The translations under genes and the position numbers were made by a program. A stretch of DNA of 64,000 bases from Marinobacter sp. (lineage in GTDB: Bacteria; Pseudomonadota; Gammaproteobacteria; Pseudomonadales; Oleiphilaceae): positions 14,410-78,409 of the forward strand of contig NZ_JAWVZL010000002.1 of the NCBI RefSeq assembly GCF_033722195.1. Direction: 5' to 3'. This document shows positions 45,527 through 55,548 of this stretch, one piece after another; position 1 is the stretch's first letter, and each line of letters starts with the position of its first letter. The notes under the pieces are model-generated. The model ran no database searches and was not told the DNA's origin. It saw only the letters and a program-made list of their open reading frames with translations.

Positions 45527-47584
45527 CTAACCTGTCTGTATGCGTGGGATGCGGCCGGCTTCCGGCCGCTTGCGGCCAAGTTCCCGGCGGGTCGCCTTCA
45601 GCAGGCGCCTCAGCAGGGAGATCTGTGGCCGGGCGGGCCGGGCCGACGGCTTATAGTAATGATTGTTGACCTGGGCGGCAAAAGCGAGCAACGGCTTTTC
45701 CGCCGCGGGGAACCGCATCATCGCCCGCCGTGCCGTCTGGTCCGGCGTCTGCCCCGGCTCAACCGGCACACCATGCCGGGCCAGCAGCCTCTGCCACTGC
45801 AGCAGCAGCCGCTGCACCGGATCGGCCGGGCGGTTTGCCCGCTGGCGCAGCAGGGTAATCAAACCCGCCAGCGCCAGTGCGGCCGACACCAGGCCGGCGG
45901 TGACATACCCCAGCTCCCTCATCGACAGGTCGCCCGGCAGGTTCGACATCAGGGACCGCTGGGTCTGGCCCTGGTAGCCCACGACCCAGCGGGTCCAGTG
46001 ATAGTTGAGCTGGTCCAGGCGCAGGCTGGCCCACTGTACCAGCGCCAGGTCGCCGTAACGCTGCGGTGAGGTCCAGTCGTTCTCGAGGAACGAGCCCTCC
46101 TCCGCCACCGCTTCCCGCAGCCCGGACTCGATCCGCTGGGGCGCAATGGCTGCCGTGGGATCGATGCGCGCCCAGCCCCGTTCCGGCAGCCAGGCCTCGA
46201 CCCAGGCGTGGGCGTCATACTGGCGCACGATCAGGTATTCGTCGTCCACACCGGCCTCGCCGCCCTGGTAACCCACCACCACCCGTGCCGGAATACCGGC
46301 GGAACGGAGCAGGAAGGTCATGGCGCCGGCATAGTGGGCACAGAAACCCCGGCGAACGTCGAACAGCAGGGCGTCGATGCCGTCCTCCAGCATCACCGGC
46401 GGGCGCAGGGTGTAGAAGTAGGCCTCCGTGCGCAGGCGGCCCAGGAAGGTCAGGACCAGCTCCTCCGGCCCGTTGCTCTGCTGGCGCAGTTCCCGGGCCA
46501 GGGCTCGGGTGCGGCGGTTGCCCTCGGCCGGCAGCTGCAGGTAGCGCTGACGCTCACGGTTCGACAGGCCGGCGGTGTCGTCGGCATTGTCGTTCGCCGT
46601 CAGGGCCAGGCGGTAGCGCACCGTGGTGTCCGCCGGCCGGCGGAACCGGAACAGACCGCCCTCCACCGCCTCCAGGTTGTCGGAAACCGCCTGTGAGTCG
46701 TCCAGGGCAAAAGCCCAGCGCTGGTTGGTGGGGTCCAGCAGCACTTCATATTGGTCAGGCAGGAGATCGCCGGCGCCACCGTCCAAGTTGATGCGCCCTG
46801 GCGGACGATACGGCAAGGGGTCGCCCTGGCGCCAGGTATCGCCGTCGTAACGATCGAGGATCAGGCCACGCCAGTAGCGCTCCCGCTGAGGCGGCATGAT
46901 GCCGCCGAAGGTGACCCGGAAGGCGCGCTCGCTGCTCTGGGCCAGGTTGGAGATGGAGCCGGGACTCATGGTGTCGCTGATGCCGGTCTGGCCCTGGCCG
47001 CTGACCAGCGGTACGCTCCAGAGCGGCCCCATGCGTGGAAAGAACACGAACAGCAGCACCACGATGGGCAGGGTTTTCACCAGCATCAGCCCCAGGCGTC
47101 GCAAGCCGGACAAACCAGGGCTGCGCAGCTGAGGCGCGTTGAGCACCTGCAGGCCGATGAACAGCAGGGTGACGCCGGCCAGGTTCACCAGGGTCCAGCC
47201 GATGCCCTGCTGGAACAGGAAGTTCACCGTGGCCAGGTAGATCAGGATGAAAAACAGCACGTAGAAATCCCGGGAAGTGCGGGTTTCCAGCCATTTCAGC
47301 CCCACCGCCAGCACGAAGAAGGACGCTGCGGTATCCACCGAGAAGCGCGCATTCACCGTCAGCACGTAGATGCCCACCATGGTCAGCATGATGGTGGTGC
47401 GCAGCAGGCGCCCGGGCAGGCGCAGGCGTCCGCGCTGGGCGAGCCAGCGCCAGCCCGCCAGCAGCGCGCAGACCGCCATCAGCCAGACCGGCAGCCGGTC
47501 CCACTGGGGCAGCACCAGAATGCCGAAGGCCACGATCAGCCAGATCAGTGCCCGTTGCGGCAGGTCGTCCCGATGGCCGGTCAT
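45527..47584 (-). CDS. tgpA: DUF3488/transglutaminase membrane protein
   Basis: N-terminal TMs; GFCAHYA (Cys), DAHAWVEAW (His), IDPT (Asp) triad. Confidence 0.88.
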   Translation of the reverse strand: MTGHRDDLPQRALIWLIVAFGILVLPQWDRLPVWLMAVCALLAGWRWLAQRGRLRLPGRLLRTTIMLTMVGIYVLTVNARFSVDTAASFFVLAVGLKWLETRTSRDFYVLFFILIYLATVNFLFQQGIGWTLVNLAGVTLLFIGLQVLNAPQLRSPGLSGLRRLGLMLVKTLPIVVLLFVFFPRMGPLWSVPLVSGQGQTGISDTMSPGSISNLAQSSERAFRVTFGGIMPPQRERYWRGLILDRYDGDTWRQGDPLPYRPPGRINLDGGAGDLLPDQYEVLLDPTNQRWAFALDDSQAVSDNLEAVEGGLFRFRRPADTTVRYRLALTANDNADDTAGLSNRERQRYLQLPAEGNRRTRALARELRQQSNGPEELVLTFLGRLRTEAYFYTLRPPVMLEDGIDALLFDVRRGFCAHYAGAMTFLLRSAGIPARVVVGYQGGEAGVDDEYLIVRQYDAHAWVEAWLPERGWARIDPTAAIAPQRIESGLREAVAEEGSFLENDWTSPQRYGDLALVQWASLRLDQLNYHWTRWVVGYQGQTQRSLMSNLPGDLSMRELGYVTAGLVSAALALAGLITLLRQRANRPADPVQRLLLQWQRLLARHGVPVEPGQTPDQTARRAMMRFPAAEKPLLAFAAQVNNHYYKPSARPARPQISLLRRLLKATRRELGRKRPEAGRIPRIQTG

Positions 47585-48585
47585 GCCGCCGCCTCCCGGG
47601 TCGCCGGCGCGGCGCGATCATCCGTCGAGTCCGGCCCCTGCAGCCCAAACAGCGCCAGCGCCCGCAGGCAGCGGCGAACATGGACGTCGCCCTGGTCCGG
47701 CTCGATCACCTGCCCCGGCAACCGCAGCCCGAACAGATGCCCGGCTTGCTGGCGCTCCAGCACCTGGGCACAGAGATAGCTCAGCCGCAGCTCGGTGTCG
47801 GCGCCGGCGAATGCCTGGTAGTCCAGCCATTGCGGACTGCCCTGCTCACCCTCCCAGTCCGCAATCACCATTTCGCCGGTGCGGGCATAGCGCTTCCACT
47901 GCACCCGCTGCACCAGGTCTCCCTCCCGCCAGGGCCGGATTTCGGCATGATCGTGGCCGTGGGGGTCGGCCTGCTGCGCCGATTCCTCGCCGGCGACCGT
48001 CGGAGCGGCCACCTGGGGCGGTGTCAGCGGGCGCGGGTAGACAATGGCACGGCCGGCAGGCCGCATCCAGGACCAGGCCATCAGCAGGCCAAAGGGAAAG
48101 CGGGTTTCCACCCGCAGCCGCTCGATCCCCTGCCAGCCCCGCCGGGGCGCCGGCACCAGCACCGTCAGGTCGGCGGTTTCACCTTTGTCCAGGCTCTGGG
48201 GCGGGAGATCACCGTGGGGCAGCGACAGCTCGATGGCCACGGCATCGTTGTCGGGACTGGCGGCCCGGAACACGAAGGCCACGGACTGGCCGGCAAAGCC
48301 CTCGCCGGGGCGCACCAGGGTCAGTTCGAAGCCGTTGAGGTTACGGTGAGTCTGGTGCATGGCCGCCACAAACACCGCCCCCAGCATGAATGTCAGCAGG
48401 AAAATCAGGCTGTTCTGGTAGTTGATGCCGGTGATCAGCATGATCAGCAGCAGTGCCCCGAACAGCACCCCGGCGCCGGCGGGCAGGATGAAGATATTAC
48501 GCTGCTCGAAGCGCTGACGATCCGTGGGGGGAATGCGGCGATTCACCCAGTCCGCCCAGCGGCGTTTGAAGACTGCAAACATCAA
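47581..48585 (-). CDS. DUF58-domain protein
   Basis: GINYQNSL, ETRFPFGL, IRPWREGD...VQWKRYAR; overlaps the tgpA start. Confidence 0.88.
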   Translation of the reverse strand: MMFAVFKRRWADWVNRRIPPTDRQRFEQRNIFILPAGAGVLFGALLLIMLITGINYQNSLIFLLTFMLGAVFVAAMHQTHRNLNGFELTLVRPGEGFAGQSVAFVFRAASPDNDAVAIELSLPHGDLPPQSLDKGETADLTVLVPAPRRGWQGIERLRVETRFPFGLLMAWSWMRPAGRAIVYPRPLTPPQVAAPTVAGEESAQQADPHGHDHAEIRPWREGDLVQRVQWKRYARTGEMVIADWEGEQGSPQWLDYQAFAGADTELRLSYLCAQVLERQQAGHLFGLRLPGQVIEPDQGDVHVRRCLRALALFGLQGPDSTDDRAAPATREAAA

Positions 48586-48740
48586 GGGTTCCAGGGTCAG
48601 GCGGATCGGAACGGAAAATAACGGGCTGGCGGCCGAAGACGGTCACAAATCCACCAAAAGCAGCTTGAACTGTGGCCAGTCACACCAAATACTCTACCAG
48701 AGATCACTCTGTGCGTACCCTTATCCGATCGAGGTCTTTC

Positions 48741-49355
48741 ATGATACGTCGCAACCGCCTTTTCGTCGCACTGGCCGGTACTCTTACCCTGCCGGCATAC
48801 GCCGGGGTGCAGTCGCTGACCTCGGAGGAGATGGTGGACACCTACGTGCGGGACTCCGCCATCATCATCGTGCCCCGGGAGCAGCAGAAGCCGGCGGAGG
48901 AACGCCAGCGCATCATCCGATCCCTGACCATCTCCCCCGGTGAGCCGGTGGTGAAGGAGTCCGAGGAGCAGGCCTTCCTGGATGCCCTGCGGGATTCCGA
49001 AGAGGAAGGCCGGGAGCAGGCCCTGGAGGAAGCCCGGGAGGAGTTCGTCCGGCGCGCCATCCTGCTGCCGCAGGAGGAAGTGGCCCGGGCCCAGCCCACC
49101 GCAAGCTTTATCCCGACGGTGTCTCCCATCATCTTTGGCCAGCAGGCCGAAATCCCGGATGAGCCTTTCACCCAGACCTTTCTTAATGACCAGCTCAGCA
49201 TCGGCTTTGACGGCCAGAACGTGAACTTCTCCATCGGCAACCCGCCGGGTATCGACCAGATCCAGGTCCCCAGGGGCATCAACGAAGGCCCGATCCAGCT
49301 GACACCACGAGCCGGCGGCGGCTTTGACCTGTCCATCGCGGTGCCGGAGCGCTGA
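48741..49355 (+). CDS. Secreted hypothetical protein
   Basis: GAGGT SD, ATG 48741, signal peptide (...TLPAYA|G), own terminator; no family recognised. Confidence 0.75.
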   Translation: MIRRNRLFVALAGTLTLPAYAGVQSLTSEEMVDTYVRDSAIIIVPREQQKPAEERQRIIRSLTISPGEPVVKESEEQAFLDALRDSEEEGREQALEEAREEFVRRAILLPQEEVARAQPTASFIPTVSPIIFGQQAEIPDEPFTQTFLNDQLSIGFDGQNVNFSIGNPPGIDQIQVPRGINEGPIQLTPRAGGGFDLSIAVPER

Positions 49356-49384
49356 ACCGGATCGCCTGAAACCCAAACCCGAAG

Positions 49385-49410
49385 AGACCCGCCTAGGCGG
49401 GTCTTTTTTT
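49385..49410 (+). terminator. Intrinsic terminator of 48741-49355
   Basis: AGACCCGCCTAGGCGGGTCT palindrome followed by a T run. Confidence 0.85.
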
Positions 49411-49431
49411 GATATCGATTTTTCTGGCCAC

Positions 49432-49458
49432 AAAAAAACGCCCCGCTGGGCGGGGCGT
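49432..49458 (-). terminator. Intrinsic terminator of the DUF6160 gene
   Basis: A7-CGCCCCGC-tgg-GCGGGGCG; U-tract on minus strand. Confidence 0.85.
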
Positions 49459-49483
49459 CTTCAACACTGGGATCGCGGGTCGA

Positions 49484-50326
49484 TTAGTGACCGTAGATCT
49501 TCATGTTGGTCTGGGTGATGGCCAGGTTGTCCATGGAGATCACACCGATGGAAGTGCCACCGATCTCGGTTGCGCCGATGCTGATGTCAGCAATGAACTC
49601 GGGCACGCCGATTTCCAGGGCTTCGCCGGAAGCGGAGCCAGCTACACCAGTAGCTTTGCCGATGGTCAACTGGGCGTAGGCGAAACCAGCTGCGATGTAT
49701 GGGCTACCACCCACACCGCCAGCATCCGCGTACGTTGCGCCGAAGGTGTTAGCGCCGGTAACGGTCAGGTCACGGATGCCAATACCCAGGAAGTCCACGT
49801 CCATGTCCATGTCAGTGATATTGAAGGCAAGATCAGTGATCATGGTGTCGGTTGCGGTATCGACGCGCAGCTTGATGTCAGCCAGCAGACCGGTGATGCC
49901 GATGTTGGAAGCCAGCAGGGTGCTTTCGCTGCCGTCAGCAGCTACCAGAGAAGCGGTCTCAACGCCTACTGCAAAATCTACCGGGCCACCGGATACGCTG
50001 TTAACGTCGATCACTGCGTCGCCGTCAGCTTCCACGTCGATGTCGATCTTCAGGTCGTCCAGCAGGCCACTAACGCCGCTCACGTTGCCGTCAGCGTCAG
50101 TCTCAATGGCGCCGCCACCGATATGGATACCAGACACTACGAAGTTACCTTCGTCAGTGTACGTGAAGCTCCCGATATCAACTTTGGTTTCCAGCTCGAT
50201 GGTAACACCGGCCTGACCGGTGACGTTACCCATGGAGGTGTCGTCGAGGGCTTTCAGGTCCGCCTGGGCGGCGAAGGGTACGGCAGCAACCGCAGTTGCC
50301 AGAGCAAGTTTCTTCAGGCCTTTCAT
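49484..50326 (-). CDS. DUF6160-family (FilA-like) secreted beta-rich protein
   Basis: AAGGAG SD; MKGLKKLALATAVAA...AQADLKALDDTSMGNVTGQAGVTIEL...YTDEG; C-terminal IGVISMDNL...IYGH. Confidence 0.82.
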   Translation of the reverse strand: MKGLKKLALATAVAAVPFAAQADLKALDDTSMGNVTGQAGVTIELETKVDIGSFTYTDEGNFVVSGIHIGGGAIETDADGNVSGVSGLLDDLKIDIDVEADGDAVIDVNSVSGGPVDFAVGVETASLVAADGSESTLLASNIGITGLLADIKLRVDTATDTMITDLAFNITDMDMDVDFLGIGIRDLTVTGANTFGATYADAGGVGGSPYIAAGFAYAQLTIGKATGVAGSASGEALEIGVPEFIADISIGATEIGGTSIGVISMDNLAITQTNMKIYGH

Positions 50327-50435
50327 ATTGTTCTCCTTAACGGAATTTGTTGTTTTCCAAGTGCGGCGTGTTTTGTTTTGTATCCGCACGGTTAAAGAGT
50401 AGGCGCTTGTGTAACCGGGTTCCGTGATTACCTTC

Positions 50436-50465
50436 ACAGTACTTGATAATCCGTTTGTCCGACAA
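50436..50465 (-). promoter_or_regulatory. Putative sigma70 promoter of the DUF6160 gene
   Basis: TTGTCG-N18-TACTGT on minus strand. Confidence 0.4.
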
Positions 50466-50466
50466 C

Positions 50467-51048
50467 CTAAGAATCTTGTCGAGTGGTCCTTGGTTCCTGT
50501 TTCTTGAATACGAAGATTGAAGGCTTAGACTCGACGGCGACGGGCTTACCAACCTTTATCTTTCCATTATCAAGCGAGTATGGCGTTACCTGCGCCAGGG
50601 TTGGCCCAAAAATGTGCTCCATCTCAGCCACTACAACAAATTCGGCATTGGAATCCTTATCGGGATTCGGAGCCACATAAACCAGACAGGTGGCGCCAAT
50701 CCCGCCGTTCTTCACCAGAACCCGAAGACTGCGGCGCATCACCTCGAGAGCAACATTGGGGGGAAAGGTTTCCACTTTATCAATTCTAACGACCCGGATT
50801 TCGCTCTTGCGGTCAGCCACTACCGCAAACGCTTTTATCGCCTCGCCATCCTCTAAACGCTCTGACGCATTCGCCATGGCCTTTCTGTACATTGCTTCAA
50901 ATTGCTGCTGAGTAAACTCCCGGACACCCTCTTCCGTAAACTCCCCCCTCTCCTGTGCAACCGCGGTAGCGGCAAATATGACAACCAACAGCACGGCGAG
51001 AAGTGTCTGAACAGAGAAAAAGACGGACCTGCTATTCGTCATTGACAT
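50467..51048 (-). CDS. Secreted hypothetical protein, lower GC
   Basis: AAAGGA SD, signal peptide (...AATAVA|QE); ~50% GC in hand-counted lines versus ~65-70% in flanking genes. Confidence 0.75.
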   Translation of the reverse strand: MSMTNSRSVFFSVQTLLAVLLVVIFAATAVAQERGEFTEEGVREFTQQQFEAMYRKAMANASERLEDGEAIKAFAVVADRKSEIRVVRIDKVETFPPNVALEVMRRSLRVLVKNGGIGATCLVYVAPNPDKDSNAEFVVVAEMEHIFGPTLAQVTPYSLDNGKIKVGKPVAVESKPSIFVFKKQEPRTTRQDS

Positions 51049-51174
51049 GCTTAGCTTCCTTTTATAAGTGCTCGCCTCCTCTGATGGGCGGCGTGACCTC
51101 AAATATCGCCGCTGTTTGGAGTATCATGACGGCAGTCTCACCACCGCCCGGTGCTCCCCAGCAACAGGTATCAC

Positions 51175-52518
51175 GTGCAATCATCCCTGAAAGAATTTTC
51201 CGTTTCTGCCGAACATCTGGCACTTTGGCTTGACCATCTGGCCCTGGAGCCGGGCTTCTGCCTGCTGCATCGCCCGGATGGCTCGGTGGTGGTCACCGCC
51301 TGGCCGCAGCGGCAGTGGCGGATTCCTGCCGCACCCGACCCCAGGCTATGGGACCAACTGGTGGCGGAGTGGGAGGCTGCGGAGCGCCTGCTGAGGGAGA
51401 GTCACCGGAAGTCGGTCGATGCCGGCCTGTTCAGCGCCGGTCTGGTGGGCGCAATGGATTACGAGGCGGGCATCCATACCGTACCGGGGTTTCGCAGCAA
51501 CCGAATGCTGGCTTCAGACCAGGCCCTGGGCTGGGTTGGCCTGTTCTGGTGGGGGCTGACCATTGGATCCGACGGTCGCGGTGCTCATGGCGTCATCCAC
51601 CCCCACTGCCCGCGGGCAACCCTGGACCGGCTGGCGCCCATGCTGCGCGGTGAGGCCCCCGTTGCCCTGCCCGGCCAGCCATTCCGCATGGAGCAGGCCT
51701 TCCAGCCGGGCCAGAGTCCCACCGATTACGCCGACGGCGTCGAACAGGTGCTGGCCTACATCAACGCCGGCGATTGCTACCAGGTCAACCTGTCACAACG
51801 CTTTGATGGTCGCTTCTCGGGCCGGCCCTTTGATGCCTTCAAGGCTTTGCACGCGGCCATCCCCGTGCCCCACGCCGCCTTTATCAACGCCGGCGATCAC
51901 CAGATCCTGTCCATCTCACCGGAACGCCTGATGCGCATTCGCGACAATGAGGTGGAGAGCAAGCCCATCAAGGGCACCCGCCCCCGCGGTGTCACCGCTG
52001 CAGAGGATGCCGCCCTGAGGCAGGACCTGGAGACCAGCGCCAAGGACCGGGCCGAGAACCTGATGATCGTGGACCTGATCCGCAACGACCTGTCCCGGGT
52101 CTGCCAGCCCCACACCGTGGCGGTGCCGAAGCTCTTCGAGATTGAGAGCTACCAGAACGTGCACCAGTTGGTGAGCACCGTCACCGGTCAGCTCAGGCCC
52201 GATGTGGCGGCAATGATCGCACTGCTGTCCACATTTCCCGGGGGCTCCATCACCGGCGCCCCGAAGCGGCGGGCCATGGAGATCATCGACGAGCTGGAGC
52301 CCCATCTCCGGGGCCCCTATTGTGGCAGCGTGTTCTACCTGCAGTCGGACGGCACCCTGGACAGCAACATCGCCATCCGCACCCTGGTGACAGAAGCAGA
52401 CGGCAGGATTTCCTGCTGGGGCGGCTGCGGCATCGTGGCCGATTCCGATCCCAGGGCGGAGTATGAGGAATCCATCACCAAAGTGGGACGGCTGATGCGG
52501 ACTCTGGAGGAGCTTTGA
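51175..52518 (+). CDS. pabB: Aminodeoxychorismate synthase component I
   Basis: GDCYQVNL, SKPIKGTRPR, ENLMIVDLIRND, FPGGSITGAPK; start uncertain (GTG 51151 or 51175). Confidence 0.92.
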   Translation: MQSSLKEFSVSAEHLALWLDHLALEPGFCLLHRPDGSVVVTAWPQRQWRIPAAPDPRLWDQLVAEWEAAERLLRESHRKSVDAGLFSAGLVGAMDYEAGIHTVPGFRSNRMLASDQALGWVGLFWWGLTIGSDGRGAHGVIHPHCPRATLDRLAPMLRGEAPVALPGQPFRMEQAFQPGQSPTDYADGVEQVLAYINAGDCYQVNLSQRFDGRFSGRPFDAFKALHAAIPVPHAAFINAGDHQILSISPERLMRIRDNEVESKPIKGTRPRGVTAAEDAALRQDLETSAKDRAENLMIVDLIRNDLSRVCQPHTVAVPKLFEIESYQNVHQLVSTVTGQLRPDVAAMIALLSTFPGGSITGAPKRRAMEIIDELEPHLRGPYCGSVFYLQSDGTLDSNIAIRTLVTEADGRISCWGGCGIVADSDPRAEYEESITKVGRLMRTLEEL

Positions 52519-52531
52519 CTCGGGGTGAGAC

Positions 52532-52573
52532 GAACACGGGGTCAGAAAAAGACTGTCTCCTGACCCCGTTTTC
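52532..52573. repeat. REP-like palindrome GGGGTCAG...CTGACCCC between convergent pabB and thrH
   Basis: ACGGGGTCAG (52536-45) / CTGACCCCGT (52560-69), extendable to 14 bp with one mismatch. Confidence 0.6.
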
Positions 52574-52588
52574 AGACGCCGCTCTGTG

Positions 52589-53197
52589 TCAGAAGCGGTT
52601 GCTGAGTTCCAGGAACTTGGCTTTCAGATCATCGAAGGTGTGCACGGCGGGGAACTGGGGGAATTCGTCGATCACGTTCTGGGGCGCATGGAACAGAATG
52701 CCCGCCTCGGCCTGCTTGAGCATGGTGGTGTCGTTGTAGGAGTCGCCGGCGGCGATCACCCGGTAGTTCAGCAGCTGGAAAGCCCGCACGGACTGGCGTT
52801 TGGGGTCCTTCTGGCGGATCAGGTAGTCGGTGATGCGGCCCTGGTCGTTGACTTCCAGCTTGTGGCACAGCAGCGTCGGATGGCCCAGCTTGGCCATCAG
52901 GGGCATGGCGAACTCATAGAAGGTGTCCGACAGGATCACCACCTGGAACCGCTCCCGAAGCCAGTCCAGGAATTCGGCGGCACCCGGCAGCGGATTCAGC
53001 TCGCCGATGACTTCCTGGATCGCCGGCAGGCCATAGCCGTGCTCGTCCAGTAGCCGCAGGCGCTGCTGCATCAGCACGTCGTAGTCGGGGATGTCGCGGG
53101 TGGTGGCCTTCAGTGCCTCAATACCGGTTTTCTCCGCAAATGCGATCCAGATTTCCGGGATCAGTACTCCTTCAAGATCGAGGCAAGCGAGTTCCAC
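52589..53197 (-). CDS. thrH: Phosphoserine phosphatase/homoserine phosphotransferase
   Basis: CLDLEGVLIPEIW HAD motif, ILSDTFYEF, AAGDSYNDTTML. Confidence 0.95.
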   Translation of the reverse strand: MELACLDLEGVLIPEIWIAFAEKTGIEALKATTRDIPDYDVLMQQRLRLLDEHGYGLPAIQEVIGELNPLPGAAEFLDWLRERFQVVILSDTFYEFAMPLMAKLGHPTLLCHKLEVNDQGRITDYLIRQKDPKRQSVRAFQLLNYRVIAAGDSYNDTTMLKQAEAGILFHAPQNVIDEFPQFPAVHTFDDLKAKFLELSNRF

Positions 53198-53419
53198 GGA
53201 CGTCTCCTAATTCTGGGTTGGATGGGGGCCGGCAGTCTTACTGCCACTGGGCCCAGTCGAAAGACCGCCTATGATATGAAAAAGCGCCGCAAAATGCATC
53301 GCGGACCGATCCTGCCCTTATGACGCGCCTCCGGCATAACGATATGCGCGCATCGTTCTTCAGAGTCGGCCGCCACAATGGTAGATTTGTGCCCAAATTC
53401 CCGATGAATCCGGACCCTT

Positions 53420-54142
53420 ATGAACGACATCCAGCAGTTGCAGCAGGACCTGGAGGGCCAGTCGCCCCGGGCCATCATCAAGGCCGCCCTGGCCCGCTAC
53501 GATAACATCGCCATCTCCTTCAGCGGTGCCGAGGATGTGGCGCTGATCGAGCTGGCCCACAAGCTGACCGATAATCTTCAGGTATTCACCCTGGACACCG
53601 GCCGCCTGCATGCGGAGACCTACGATTTCATCGAGCGTGTCCGCAAGCACTACGGCATCCGGATCCAGGTGATGGCGCCGGACGCCGGCGAGTTGGAAGC
53701 GCTGGTGTCAGAGAAAGGCCTGTTCAGCTTCTACGAGGACGGTCACTCCGAGTGCTGCGGCATCCGCAAGGTCAACCCCCTGCGTCGCAAACTGGCCAGC
53801 GTGGATGCGTGGATCACCGGCCAGCGCAAGGACCAGAGCCCGGGCACCCGCAACGAGGTGCCGGTGGTGCAGCGGGACGATGCCTTCTCCACTGACGAGC
53901 GCACCCTGGTCAAATTCAACCCGCTGGCCAACTGGACCTCAAAGGAAGTCTGGGACTACATCCGCATGACCGAGGCGCCCTACAACCAGCTCCACGAAAA
54001 GGGTTTTGTCAGCATCGGCTGCCAGCCCTGCACCCGGCCGGTGCTGCCCGGCCAGCATGAGCGCGAAGGCCGCTGGTGGTGGGAGGAAGCCACCCAGAAG
54101 GAATGCGGCCTGCATGCCGGCAATGTGATCGCCAAGGTCTGA
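53420..54142 (+). CDS. cysH: APS reductase ([4Fe-4S] type)
   Basis: SFSGAED, LDTGRLH, ECCGIRK, CQPCT, KECGLH. Confidence 0.93.
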   Translation: MNDIQQLQQDLEGQSPRAIIKAALARYDNIAISFSGAEDVALIELAHKLTDNLQVFTLDTGRLHAETYDFIERVRKHYGIRIQVMAPDAGELEALVSEKGLFSFYEDGHSECCGIRKVNPLRRKLASVDAWITGQRKDQSPGTRNEVPVVQRDDAFSTDERTLVKFNPLANWTSKEVWDYIRMTEAPYNQLHEKGFVSIGCQPCTRPVLPGQHEREGRWWWEEATQKECGLHAGNVIAKV

Positions 54143-54155
54143 AGGGGGGAACTCG

Positions 54156-54269
54156 CCCCCTCTCCCCAACCCCTCTCCCGCCAGGGGAGAGGGGCTAAGC
54201 CAGGGCGCGAGTCATTAAGGTTTTGGCCTCCCCTCTCCCCTCGTGGGAGAGGGGCCGGGGGAGAGGGGG
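54156..54269. repeat. Inverted doublet of CCCCTCTCCC/GGGAGAGGGG REP-like units
   Basis: Unit 1 (54156-54194) is nearly identical to the reverse complement of unit 2 (54230-54269); 35-nt spacer. Confidence 0.8.
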
Positions 54270-54270
54270 T

Positions 54271-55314
<1,044 letters not shown>

Positions 55315-55548
55315 TCATTTATAGAATAGCGGGTGCCTGATATTCCAGTGTAGACCAAAACCCCGACAATCAAGTGACAGCGCTTGACTTCAGCGCCTCA
55401 AAGCACACAATCCCAGATCTGAGGGCCCGAACATCACCCACAGCGCCCGTCAGTCGGGCCCGGGATGTCCGATTAGATCCGCTGCCTGCCCCAGCTGCTA
55501 CGCTGGTGAAGGGCAACGGCCATTTTGCCATTGCAACCCAGTCCGCCC

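Noticed and set aside
50327-50466. c-di-GMP-I riboswitch in the DUF6160 leader
   Set aside because: Lacks the GNRA tetraloop/receptor and GCAAA consensus; kept only as a generic structured leader.
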